Source of the DNA: Eledone cirrhosa
Lineage: Eukaryota
Direction: 5' to 3'
Length of the DNA stretch: 64,000 nt
Assembly: GCA_964016885.1 (NCBI GenBank)
Contig: OZ024744.1
Coordinates: 129,146,001 to 129,210,000 of the forward strand
Shown: positions 1 to 12,226 of the stretch, in pieces
Layout: the number at the start of each line of letters is the position of its first letter
Position numbering within the stretch: the first letter of the stretch is position 1
Notes under the pieces: generated by a model
The model's database searches: none
Told to the model about the DNA's origin: nothing
What the model saw: the letters and a program-made list of their open reading frames with translations, nothing else
Translations under genes and position numbers: made by a program

Positions 1-3000
1 TTAAGTTGGGGTTAAGTTAAGTTGGGGATAAGTTAAGTTGAGGATAAGTTAAGTTGGGGTTAATTAAGTTGGGTTTAAGTTAAGTTGGGGTTAAGTTAAG
101 TTGGGGTTAAGTTAAGTTGGGGTTAAGTTAAGTTGGTTAGTTAAGTTGAGTTTAAGTTAAGTTGGGGTTAATTTAAGTTGGGGTTAAGTTAAGTTGGGGT
201 TAAGTTAATTTGGGGTTAAGTTAAGTTGGGGTTCAGTTAAGTTGGGGTTAAGTTAAGTTGGGGTTAAGTTGGGGTAAAATTAAGTTGGGGTTAATTTAAG
301 TTGCGGTTAAGTTAAAATGAGGTTAAGTTAAGTTGGGGTTAAGTTAAGTTGGGGTTAAGTTAAGTTGGGGCTAAGTTAAGTTGGGGTTAAGTTAACTTTG
401 GGTTAAGTTAAGTTGGGTTTGAGTTAAGTTGGGGTTAATTAAGTTGGGGTTAAGTTAAGTTGGGGTTAAGTTAAGTTGGGGTTAAGTTAAGTTGATGTTA
501 AGTTAAGTTGGGGTTAATTTAAGTTGGGGTTAAGTTAAGTTGGGGCTAAGTTAAGTTGGAGCTAAGTTAAGTTGGGGCTAAGTTAAGTTGGGGTTAAGTT
601 AAGTTGGGGTTAAGTTAAGGTGGGGTTAAGTTAAGTTGGGGTCAACTTAAGTTGGGGTTAAGTTAAGTTGGGGTTAACTTAAGTTGGGGTTAAGTTAAGT
701 TGGGGTTAAGTTAAGTTGGGGTTAAGTTAAGTTGGGGTTACGTTAAGTTGGGGGTAAGTTAAGTTGGTGGTAAGTTAAGTTGGGGGTAAGTTAAGATGGG
801 GTTAAGTTAGGGTTAACTTAAGTTAGGGTTAAGTTAATTTGGGGTTGAGTTAAGTTGGGGTTAAGTTAAGTGGTGGTTATGTTAAGTTGGGGTTAAGTTA
901 AGTTGGGGTTAATTTAAATTGGGGTTAATTTAAATTTGTTGTTAAGTTAAGTTGGGGTTAATTTAAGTTGGGGTTAAGTTAAGTTGGGGTTGAGTTAAGT
1001 TGGGGTTGAGTGAAGTTGGGGTTAAGTTAAGTTGGGGTTAAGTTAAGTTGGGGTTGAGTTAAGTTGGGGTTAATTTAAGTTTGGGCTAAGTTCATTTGGG
1101 GTTCAGTTAAGTTGGGGTTAAATTAAGTTGGGGTTAAGTTAAGTTGGGGTTAAGTTAAGTTGGGGTTAAGTTAAGTTGGGGTTAAGTTAATTTGGGGTTA
1201 AGTGAAGTTAGGGTTAAGTTAAGTTGGGGTTGAGTTAAGTTGGGGGTAAGTTAAGTTGGGGTTATGTTAAGTTGGGGTTACGTTAAGTTGGGTTTAAGTT
1301 AAGTTGGGGTTAAGTTAAGTTGGGGTTATGTTAAGTTGGGGTTAATTTAAGTTGGGGTTAAGTTAAGTTGGGATTAATTTAAGTTGGGGTTAAGTTAAGT
1401 TGGGGTTAAGTTAAGTTGGGGTTAAATTAAGTTGGGGTTAAGTTAAGTTGGGGTTAAGTTAAGTTGGGGTTAAGTTAATTTGGGGTTAAGTTAAGTTAGG
1501 GTAAAGTTAAGTTGGGGTTGAGTTAAGTTGGGGTAAGTTAAGTTGGGGTTAAGTTAAGTTGGGGTTAAGTTAAGTTGGGGTTAAGTTAAGTTAGGCTTAA
1601 CTTAAGTTGGGGTTAAGTTAAGTTGGGGGTGAGTTAAGTTGGGGGTAAGTTAAGTTGGGGTTAAGTTAAGTTGGGGTTAAGTTGGGGTTAAGTTAAGTTA
1701 GGGTTAAGTTAATTTGGGGTTGAGTTAAGTTGGGGTTCAGTTAAGTGGTGGTTATGTTAAGTTGGGGTTAAGTTAAGTTGGGGTTAATTTAAATTGGGGT
1801 TAATTTAAATTTGTTGTTAAGTTAAGTTGGGGTTAATTTAAGTTGGGGTTAAGTTAAGTTGGGGTTGAGTTAAGTTGTGGTTGAGTGAAGTTGGGGTTAA
1901 GTTAAGTGGTGGTTATGTTAAGTTGGGGTTAAGTTAAGTTGGGGTTAATTTAAATTGGGGTTAATTTAAATTTGTTGTTAAGTTAAGTTGGGGTTAATTT
2001 AAGTTGGGGTTAAGTTAAGTTGGGGTTGAGTTAAGTTGGGGTTAATTTAAGTTGGGGCTAAGTTAATTTGGGGTTAAGTTAAGTTGGGGTTAAATTAAGT
2101 TGGGGTTAAGTTAAGTTGGGGTTAAGTTAAGTTGGGGTTAAGTTAATTTGGGGTTAAGTGAAGTTAGGGTTAAGTTAAGTTGGGGCTGAGTTAAGTTGGG
2201 GGTAAGTTAAGTTGGGGTTATGTTAAGTTGGGGTTAAGTTAAGTTGGGGTTAAGTTAAGTTGGGGTTCAGTTAAGTTGCGGTTAAGTTAAGTTGGGGTTA
2301 AGTTAAGTTGGGGTTAAGTTAAGTTGGGGTTAATTTAAGTTGGGGTTAAGTTAAGTTGGGGTTAAGTTAAGTTGGGGTTAAATTCAGTCGGGGTTAAGTT
2401 AAGTCGGGGTTAAGTTACGTTGGGGTTAAGTTAAGTTGGGGTTAAGTTAAGTTGGGGTTGAGTTAAGTTGGGGTTATTTTAAGTTGGGGTTAAGTTAAGT
2501 TGGGGTTAAGTTAAGTTGGGGTTAATTTAAGTTGGGGTTAAGTTAAGTTGGGGTTAATTTAAGTTGGGGTTAATTTAAGTTGGGGTTAAGTTAAGTTGGG
2601 GTTAAGTTAAGTTGGGGTAACGTTAAGTTGGGGGTAAGTTAAGTTGGGGTTAAGTTAAGTTGGGGTTAAGTTGGGGTTAAGTTAAGTTAGGGTTAACTTA
2701 AGTTGGGGTTGTGTTAAGTGGTGGTTATGTTAAGTGGTGGTTATGTTAAGTTGGGGTTAAGTTAAGTTGGGGTTAAGTTGGGGTTAAGTTAAGTTGGGGT
2801 TAAGTTAATTAGGGTTAAGTTAAGTTGGGTTTAAGTTAAGTTGGGGTTAAGTTAATTTGTGGTTAAGTTAAGTTGGGGTTAAGTTAAGTTGGGGTTAAGT
2901 TAAGTTGGGGATAAGTTAAGTTGGGGATAAGTTAAGTTGGGGTTAATTAAGTTGGGTTTAAGTTAAGTTGGGGTTAAGTTAAGTCGGGGTTAAGTTAAGT

Positions 3001-6000
3001 TGGGGTTAAGTTAAGTTGGTTAGTTAAGTTGAGTTTAAGTTAAGTTGGGGTTAATTTAAGTTGGGGTTAAGTTAAGTTGGGGTTAAGTTAAGTTGGGGTT
3101 AAGTTAAGTTGGGGTTCAGTTAAGTTGGGGTTAAGTTAAGTTGGGGTTAAGTTGGGGTAACATTAAGTTGGGGTTAAGTTAAGTTGGGGTTAAGTTAAGT
3201 TGCGGTTAAGTTAAGTTGCCGTTAAGTTAAGTTGAGGTTAAGTTAAGTTGGGGTTAAGTTAAGTTGGGGTTAAGTTAAGTTGGGGCTAAGTTAAGTTGGG
3301 GCTAAGTTAAGTTGGGGTTAAGTTAACTTTGGGTTAAGTTAAGTTGGGTTTGAGTTAAGTTGGGGTTAATTAAGTTGGGGTTAAGTTAAGTTGGGGTTAA
3401 GTTGGGGTTAAGTTAAGTTGCGGTTAAGTTAAGTTGATGTTAAGTTAAGTTGGGGTTAAGTTAAGTTGGGGTTAAGTTAAGTTGGGGCTAAGTTAAGTTG
3501 GAGCTGAGTTAAGTTGGGGCTAAGTTAAGTTGGGGTTAAGTTAAGTTGGGGTTAAGTTAAGGTGGGGTTAAGTTAAGTTGGGGTCAACTTAAGTTGGGGT
3601 TAAGTTAAGTTGGGGTTAACTTAAGTTGGGGTTAAGTTAAGTTGGGGTTAAGTTAAGTTGGGGTTAAGTTAAGTTGGGGTTACGTTAAGTTGGGGGTAAG
3701 TCAAGTTGGTGTTAAGTTAAGTTGGCGGTAAGTTAAGATGGGGTTAAGTTAAGTTGGGGTTAATTTAATTTGGGGTTAAGTTAAGTTAGGGTTAAGTTAA
3801 GTTGGGGTTGAATTAAGTTGGGGTTAAGTTAAGTTGGGGTTATGTTAAGTTGGGGTTAAGTTAAGTTGGGGTTAAGTTAAGTTGGGGTTCAATTAAGTTG
3901 CGGATAATTTAAGTTGGGGTTAAGTTAAGTTGGGGTTAAGTTAAGTTGGGGTTAAGTTAAGTTGGGGTTAAATTAAGTTGGGGTTAAGTTAAGTTGGGGT
4001 TATGTTAAGTTGGTGTTAAGTTAAGTTGGGGTTAAGTTAAGTTGGGGTTAAGTTAGGTTGGTGTTAATTTAAGTTGGGGGTAAGTTAAGTTGGGGTAAGT
4101 TAAGTTGGTGTTAAGTTAAGTTGGGGTTAAGTTAAGTTGGGGTTAAGTTAAGTTGGGTTTAAGTTAAGTTGGGGCTAAGTTAAGTTAGGGCTAAGTTAAG
4201 TTGGGGTTAAGTAAAGTTAGGGCTAAGTTAAGTTGGGGTTAAGTTAAGTTGGGGTTAATTTAAGTTGGGGTTACATTAAGTTGATGTTAAGTTAAGTTGG
4301 GGTTAAGTTAAGTTGGGGTTAAGTTAAGTTGGGGTTAAATTAAGTTGGGGTTAAATTAAGTTGGGGTTAAGTTAAGTTGGGGTTAAGTTAGGTTGGTGTT
4401 AAGTTAAGTTGGGGTTAAGTTAAGTTTGGGTTAAGTTAAGTTGGGGTTAAGTTCAGTCGGGGTTAAGTTAAGTCGGGGTTAAGTTAAGTTGGGGTTAAGT
4501 TAAGTTGGGGTTAAGTTAAGTTGGTGTTAAATTAAGTTGGGGTTAAATTAAGTTGGTGTTAAGTTAAGTTGGGGTTAAGTTAAGTTGGGGTTAATTAAGT
4601 TGGGGTTAAGTTAAGTTGGGGTTAAGTTAATTGGGGTTAAATTAAGTTAGGGTTGAGTTAAGTTGGGGTTAAGTTAAGTTGGGGTTATATTAAGTTGGGG
4701 TTAAGTTAAGTTGGGGTTAAGTTAAGTTAGGGTTAATTTAAGTTAGGGTTATGTTAAGTTGGGGTTAAGTTAAGTTGGGGTTAAGTTAGGTTGGTGTTAA
4801 GTTAAGTTGGGGTTAAGTTAAGTTGGGGTTATGTTAAGTTGGGGTTAAGTTAAGTTGGGGTTAAGTTAAGTTGGGGTTGAGTTAAGTTGGGGTTGAGTTA
4901 AGTTGGGGTTGAGTGAAGTTGGGGTTAAGTTAAGTTGGGGTTAAATTAAGTTGGGGTTAAATTAAGTTGGGGTTGAGTTAAGTTGGGGTTAATTTAAGTT
5001 GGGGCTAAGTTAATTTGTGGTTAAGTTAAGTTGGGGTTAAGTTAAGTTGGGGTTAAGTTAAGTTGGGGTTGAGTTAAGTAGGGGTTGAGTTAATTTGGGG
5101 TTAAGTTAAGTTGGGGTTAAGTTAAGTTGGGTTTAAGTTAAGTTGGGGTTAAATTAAGTTGGGGTTAAATTAAGTTGGGGTTAAGTTAAGTTGGGGGTAA
5201 GTTAAGTTGGGGGCAAGTTAAGTTGGGGTTAAGTTAAGTTGGGGTTATGTTAAGTTGGGGTTAAGTTAAGTTGGGGTTAAGTTAAGTTGGGGTTAAGTTA
5301 AGTTGGGGGTAAGTTACCTTAGGGCTAAGTTACGTTGGGGTTAACTTAACCCCAACTTAACTTAACCCCAACTTAACTTAGACCCAACTTAACTGAGCCC
5401 CAACTTAACTTAACCCCAACGTAACTTAGCCCTAACGTAACTTACCCCCAACTTAACTTAACACCAACTTAACTTAACCCCAACTTAACTTACCCCCAAC
5501 TTAACTTACCCCCAACTTAACTTAACCCCAACTTAACTTAACTTAACCCCAACTTAAGTTAAGTTTGGGTTAAGGTTGGGGTTAAATTAAGTTGGGGTTA
5601 AGTTAAGTTGGGGTTAAGTTAAGTTGGGGTTAAGTTAAGTTGGGGTTAAGTTAAGTTGGGGTTAAGTTAAGTTGGTGTTAAGTTAAGTTGGGGCTGAGTT
5701 AAGTTGGGGCTAAGTTAAGTTGGGTCTAAGTTAAGTTGGGGTTAAGTTAAGTTGGGGTTAAGTTAAGTTGGTGTTAAATTAAGTTGGGGTTAAATTAAGT
5801 TGGTGTTAAGTTAAGTCGGGGTTAAGTTAAGTTGGGGTTAATTAAGTTGGGGTTAAGTTAAGTTGGGGTTAAGTTAATTGGTGTTAAATTAAGTTAGGGT
5901 TGAGTTAAGTTGGGGTTAAGTTAAGTTGGGGTTATATTAAGTTGGGGTTAAGTTAAGTTGGGGTTAAGTAAAGTTGGGGTTCAGTTAAGTTGCGGTTAAG

Positions 6001-9000
6001 TTAAGTTGGGGTTAAGTTAAGTTAGGCTTAACTTAAGTTGGGGTTAAGTTAAGTTGTGGGTGAGTTAAGTTGGGGGTAAGTTAAGTTGGGGTTAAGTTAA
6101 GTTGGGGTTAAGTTGGGGTTAAGTTAATTTAGGGTTAAGTTAAGTTGGGGTTGAGTTAAGTTGGGGTTAAGTTAAGTGGTGGTTATGTTAAGTTGGGGTT
6201 AAGTTAAGTTGGGGTTAATTTAAATTGGGGTTAATTTAACTTTGTGGTTAAGTTAATTTGGGGTTAATTTAAGTTGGGGTTAAGTTAAGTTGGGGTTAAT
6301 TTAATTTGTGGTTAAGTTAAGTTGGGGTTAAGTTAAGTTGGGGTTGAGTTAAGCTGGGGTTAAGTTAAGTTGGGGTTAAAATAAGTTGGGGTTAAGTTAA
6401 GTTGGGGTTGAGTTAAGTTGGGGTTGAGTTAATTTGGGGTTAAGTTAAGTTGGGGTTAACTTAAGTTGGGTTTAATTTAAGTTGGGGTTAAGTTAAGTTG
6501 GGGTTATAATTAAGTTGGGGTTAAGTTAAGTTGGGGGTAAGATAAGTTGGGGTTAGTTAAGTTGCGGTTAAGTTAAGTTGGGGTTAAGTTAAGTTGGGGT
6601 TAAGTTAAGTTGGGGTTAATTTAAGTTGGGGTAAAGTTAAGTTGGGGGTAAGTTAAGTTGGGGTTAAGTTAAGTTGGGGTTAAGTTAAGTTAGGGTTAAC
6701 TTAAGTTGGGGTTGTGTTAAGTGGTGCTTATGTTAAGTGGTGGTTATGTTAAGTTGGGGTTAAGTTAAGTTGGGGTTAAGTTAAATTGGGGTTAAGTTAA
6801 GTTGCGGTTAAGTTAAGTTGGGGTTAAGTTAAGTTGGGGTTAAGTTAATTAGGGTTAAGTTAAGTTGGGGTTAAGTTAAGTTGGGGTTAAGTTAAGTTGG
6901 GGTTAAGTTAATTTGTGGTTAAGTTAAGTTGGGGTTAAGTTAAGTTGGGGTTAAGTTAAGTTGGGGATAAGTTAAGTTGAGGATAAGTTAAGTTGGGGTT
7001 AATTAAGTTGGGTTTAAGTTAAGTTGGGGTTAAGTTAAGTTGGGGTTAAGTTAAGTTGGGGTTAAGTTAAGTTGGTTAGTTAAGTTGAGTTTAAGTTAAG
7101 TTGGGGTTAATTTAAGTTGGGGTTAAGTTAAGTTGGGGTTAAGTTAATTTGGGGTTAAGTTAAGTTGGGGTTCAGTTAAGTTGGGGTTAAGTTAAGTTGG
7201 GGTTAAGTTGGGGTAAAATTAAGTTGGGGTTAAGTTAAGTTGCGGTTAAGTTAAAATGAGGTTAAGTTAAGTTGGGGTTAAGTTAAGTTGGGGTTAAGTT
7301 AAGTTGGGGCTAAGTTAAGTTGGGGTTAAGTTAACTTTGGGTTAAGTTAAGTTGGGTTTGAGTTAAGTTGGGGTTAATTAAGTTGGGGTTAAGTTAAGTT
7401 GGGGTTAAGTTAAGTTGGAGCTAAGTTAATTTGGGGCTAAGTTAAGTTGGGGTTAAGTTAAGTTGGGGTTAAGTTAAGGTGGGGTTAAGTTAAGTTGGGG
7501 TCAACTTAAGTTGGGGTTAAGTTAAGTTGGGGTTAACTTAAGTTGGGGTTAAGTTAAGTTGGGGTTAAGTTAAGTTGGGGTTAAGTTAAGTTGGGGTTAC
7601 GTTAAGTTGGGGGTAAGTTAAGTTGGTGGTAAGTTAAGTTGGGGGTAAGTTAAGATGGGGTTAAGTTAGGGTTAAGTTAAGTTAGGGTTAAGTTAATTTG
7701 GGGTTGAGTTAAGTTGGGGTTAAGTTAAGTGGTGGTTATGTTAAGTTGGGGTTAAGTTAAGTTGGGGTTAATTTAAATTGGGGTTAATTTAAATTTGTTG
7801 TTAAGTTAAGTTGGGGTTAATTTAAGTTGGGGTTAAGTTAAGTTGGGGTTGAGTTAAGTTGGGGTTGAGTGAAGTTGGGGTTAAGTTAAGTTGGGGTTGA
7901 GTTAAGTTGGGGTTAATTTAAGTTGGGGCTAAGTTCATTTGGGGTTCAGTTAAGTTGGGGTTAAATTAAGTTGGGGTTAAGTTAAGTTGGGGTTAAGTTA
8001 AGTTGGGGTTAAGTTAAGTTGGGGTTAAGTTAATTTGGGGTTAAGTGAAGTTAGGGTTAAGTTAAGTTGGGGTTGAGTTAAGTTGGGGGTAAGTTAAGTT
8101 GGGGTTATGTTAAGTTGGGGTTACGTTAAGTTGGGTTTAAGTTAAGTTGGGGTTAAGTTAAGTTGGGGTTAAGTTAAGTTGGGGTTAATTTAAGTTGGGG
8201 TTAAGTTAAGTTGGGATTAATTTAAGTTGGGGTTAAGTTAAGTTGGGGTTAAGTTAAGTTGGGGTTAAATTAAGTTGGGGTTAAGTTAAGTTGGGGTTAA
8301 GTTAAGTTGGGGTTAAGTTAATTTGGGGTTAAGTTAAGTTAGGGTAAAGTTAAGTTGGGGTTGAGTTAAGTTGGGGTAAGTTAAGTTGGGGTTAAGTTAA
8401 GTTGGGGTTAAGTTAAGTTGGGGTTAAGTTAAGTTAGGCTTAACTTAAGTTGGGGTTAAGTTAAGTTGGGGGTGAGTTAAGTTGGGGGTAAGTTAAGTTG
8501 GGGTTAAGTTAAGTTGGGGTTAAGTTGGGGTTAAGTTAAGTTAGGGTTAAGTTAATTTGGGGTTGAGTTAAGTTGGGGTTAAGTTAAGTGGTGGTTATGT
8601 TAAGTTGGGGTTAAGTTAAGTTGGGGTTAATTTAAATTGGGGTTAATTTAAATTTGTTGTTAAGTTAAGTTGGGGTTAATTTAAGTTGGGGTTAAGTTAA
8701 GTTGGGGTTGAGTTAAGTTGGGGTTAATTTAAGTTGGGGCTAAGTTAATTTGGGGTTAAGTTAAGTTGGGGTTAAATTAAGTTGGGGTTAAGTTAAGTTG
8801 GGGTTAAGTTAAGTTGGGGTTAAGTTAATTTGGGGTTAAGTGAAGTTAGGGTTAAGTTAAGTTGGGGCTGAGTTAAGTTGGGGGTAAGTTAAGTTGGGGT
8901 TATGTTAAGTTGGGGTTAAGTTAAGTTGGGGTTAAGTTAAGTTGGGGTTCAGTTAAGTTGCGGTTAAGTTAAGTTGGGGTTAAGTTAAGTTGGGGTTAAG

Positions 9001-11630
9001 TTAAGTTGGGGTTAATTTAAGTTGGGGTTAAGTTAAGTTGGGGTTAAGTTAAGTTGGGGTTAAATTCAGTCGGGGTTAAGTTAAGTCGGGGTTAAGTTAC
9101 GTTGGGGTTAAGTTAAGTTGGGGTTAAGTTAAGTTGGGGTTGAGTTAAGTTGGGGTTAAGTTAAGTTGGGGTTAAGTTAAGTTGGGGTTAAGTTAAGTTG
9201 GGGTTAAGTTAAGTTGGGGTTAATTTAAGTTGGGGTTAATTTAAGTTGGGGTTAAGTTAAGTTGGGGTTAAGTTAAGTTGGGGTAACGTTAAGTTGGGGG
9301 TAAGTTAAGTTGGGGTTAAGTTAAGTTGGGGTTAAGTTGGGGTTAAGTTAAGTTAGGGTTAACTTAAGTTGGGGTTGTGTTAAGTGGTGGTTATGTTAAG
9401 TGGTGGTTATGTTAAGTTGGGGTTAAGTTAAGTTGGGGTTAAGTTAAGTTGGGGTTAAGTTAAGTTGGGGTTAAGTTAATTAGGGTTAAGTTAAGTTGGG
9501 TTTAAGTTAAGTTGGGGTTAAGTTAATTTGTGGTTAAGTTAAGTTAGGGTTAAGTTAAGTTGGGGTTAAGTTAAGTTGGGGATAAGTTAAGTTGGGGATA
9601 AGTTAAGTTGGGGTTAATTAAGTTGGGTTTAAGTTAAGTTGGGGTTAAGTTAAGTCGGGGTTAAGTTAAGTTGGGGTTAAGTTAAGTTGGTTAGTTAAGT
9701 TGAGTTTAAGTTAAGTTGGGGTTAATTTAAGTTGGGGTTAAGTTAAGTTGGGGTTAAGTTAAGTTGGGGTTAAGTTAAGTTGGGGTTCAGTTAAGTTGGG
9801 GTTAAGTTAAGTTGGGGTTAAGTTGGGGTAAAATTAAGTTGGGGTTAAGTTAAGTTGGGGTTAAGTTAAGTTGCGGTTAAGCTAAGTTGCCGTTAAGTTA
9901 AGTTGAGGTTAAGTTAAGTTGGGGTTAAGTTAAGTTGGGGTTAAGTTAAGTTGGGGCTAAGTTAAGTTGGGGCTAAGTTAAGTTGGGGTTAAGTTAACTT
10001 TGGGTTAAGTTAAGTTGGGTTTGAGTTAAGTTGGGGTTAATTAAGTTGGGGTTAAGTTAAGTTGGGGTTAAGTTGGGGTTAAGTTAAGTTGCGGTTAAGT
10101 TAAGTTGATGTTAAGTTAAGTTGGGGTTAAGTTAAGTTGGGGTTAAGTTAAGTTGGGGCTAAGTTAAGTTGGAGCTGAGTTAAGTTGGGGCTAAGTTAAG
10201 TTGGGGTTAAGTTAAGTTGGGGTTAAGTTAAGGTGGGGTTAAGTTAAGTTGGGGTCAACTTAAGTTGGGGTTAAGTTAAGTTGGGGTTAACTTAAGTTGG
10301 GGTTAAGTTAAGTTGGGCTTAAGTTAAGTTGGGGTTAAGTTAAGTTGGGGTTACGTTAAGTTGGGGGTAAGTCAAGTTGGTGTTAAGTTAAGTTGGCGGT
10401 AAGTTAAGATGGGGTTAAGTTAAGTTGGGGTTAATTTAATTTGGGGTTAAGTTAAGTTAGGGTTAAGTTAAGTTGGGGTTGAATTAAGTTGGGGTTAAGT
10501 TAAGTTGGGGTTATGTTAAGTTGGGGTTAAGTTAAGTTGGGGTTAAGTTAAGTTGGGGTTCAATTAAGTTGCGGATAATTTAAGTTGGGGTTAAGTTAAG
10601 TTGGGGTTAAGTTAAGTTGGGGTTAAGTTAAGTTGGGGTTAAATTAAGTTGGGGTTAAATTAAGTTGGGGTTAAGTTAAGTTGGGGTTATGTTAAGTTGG
10701 TGTTAAGTTAAGTTGGGGTTAAGTTAAGTTGGGGTTAAGTTAGGTTGGTGTTAATTTAAGTTGGGGGTAAGTTAAGTTGGGGTAAGTTAAGTTGGTGTTA
10801 AGTTAAGTTGGGGTTAAGTTAAGTTGGGGTTAAGTTAAGTTGGGTTTAAGTTAAGTTGGGGCTAAGTTAAGTTAGGGCTAAGTTAAGTTGGGGTTAAGTA
10901 AAGTTAGGGCTAAGTTAAGTTGGGGTTAAGTTAAGTTGGGGTTAATTTAAGTTGGGGTTACATTAAGTTGATGTTAAGTTAAGTTGGGGTTAAGTTAAGT
11001 TGGGGTTAAGTTAAGTTGGGGTTAAATTAAGTTGGGGTTAAATTAAGTTGGGGTTAAGTTAAGTTGGGGTTAAGTTAGGTTGGTGTTAAGTTAAGTTGGG
11101 GTTAAGTTAATTTGTGGTTAAGTTAAGTTGGGGTTAAGTTAAGTTGGGGTTAAGTTCAGTCGGGGTTAAGTTAAGTCGGGGTTAAGTTAAGTTGGGGTTA
11201 AGTTAAGTTGCGGTTAAGTTAAGTTGGGGTTAAGTTAAGTTGGGGTTAAGTTAATTAGGGTTAAGTTAAGTTGGGGTTAAGTTAAGTTGGGGTTAAGTTG
11301 GGGTTAAGTTAAGTTGGGTTTAAGTTAAGTTGGGGCTAAGTTAAGTTAGGGCTAAGTTAAGTTGGGGTTAAGTTAAGTTGGGGTTAATTTAAGTTGGGGT
11401 TACATTAAGTTGAGGTTAAGTTAAGTTGTGGTTATGTTAAGTTAGGGTTAATTTAAGTTAGGGTTATGTTAAGTTGGGGTTAAGTTAAGTTGGGGTTAAG
11501 TTAGGTTGGTGTTAAGTTAAGTTGGGGTTAAGTTAAGTTGGGGTTATGTTAAGTTGGGGTTAAGTTAAGTTGGGGTTAAGTTAAGTTGGGGGTAAGTTAA
11601 GTTGGGTTTGAGTTAAGTTGGGGTTAAGTT
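1..11630 (+). repeat. 16-bp G-rich satellite (TTAAGTTAAGTTGGGG)n, block 1 (open at window start; contains one inverted segment)
   Basis: Continuous 16-bp periodicity with scattered substitutions (GCGG, GGTG, AGGG, TTAAT, TTGAG) and occasional 11- and 15-bp units. Confidence 0.98.
5341..5557 (-). repeat. Inverted segment of the 16-bp satellite (TTAACTTAACCCCAAC)n, copy 1, 217 bp
   Basis: Strand switch at GGGGTTAACTTAACCCC and back at CCCCAACTTAAGTTAAGTTTGGG. Confidence 0.97.
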
Positions 11631-12226
11631 AGGTTTTTCGAAAACCTTATATAATTATTTTTTTTTAGGTTTTTCGAAACACCTTATATAATCAATTTTT
11701 TTATGTTTTTCGAAAAACCTTATATAATCATTTTTTTTATACTTTTAGAAATATTTATATCTGATTTCAAATATTTATTTTTCTAGGTTTTTCAAAAAAC
11801 CTTATATAATCAATTTTTTTTAGGTTTTTCGAAAAATGTTATATAATCAATTTTTTTTAGGTTTTTCGAAAAACCTTATATAATCAATTTTTTTTTAGGT
11901 TTTTCGAAACACCTTATATAATCAATTTTTTTTAGGTTTTTCGAAAAACCTTATATAATCAATTTTTTTTAGGTTTTTCGAAAAACCTTATATAATCAAT
12001 TTTTTTAGGTTTTTCGTAAAACCTTATATAATCAATTTTTTTAGGTTTTTCGAAAAACCTTATATAATCAATTTTTTTTAGGTTTTTCGAAATACCTTAT
12101 ATAATTAATTTTTTTTAGGTTTTTCGAAAAATCTTATATAATTAATTTATATCTGATTTCAAATATTGATTTTTTTAGGTTTTTCGAAAACCTTATATAA
12201 TCAATTTTTTTTAGGTTTTTCGAAAA
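11629..12226. repeat. ~37-bp palindromic minisatellite (AGGTTTTTCGAAAAACCTTATATAATCAATTTTTTTT)n, left arm of island 1
   Basis: TCGAA at 11941 and 11978 (period 37; 36-38 with T-tract variation); 18-bp perfect palindrome AGGTTTTTCGAAAAACCT in the consensus unit. Confidence 0.93.

Noticed and set aside
1588-1600. Canonical telomere motifs TTAGGC and TTAGGG
   Set aside because: They occur only as isolated point variants of TTGGGG, never in tandem.
5341-5557. Inversions as fold-back sequencing chimeras
   Set aside because: Six copies share junctions and private variants, sit in consistent HOR context and return to the forward strand; they are not simple mirror images. Read-level confirmation is still advisable.
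11629-12226. CRISPR-like array (37-bp palindromic repeats)
   Set aside because: The repeats are directly adjacent with no unique spacers, and there is no leader or cas gene.
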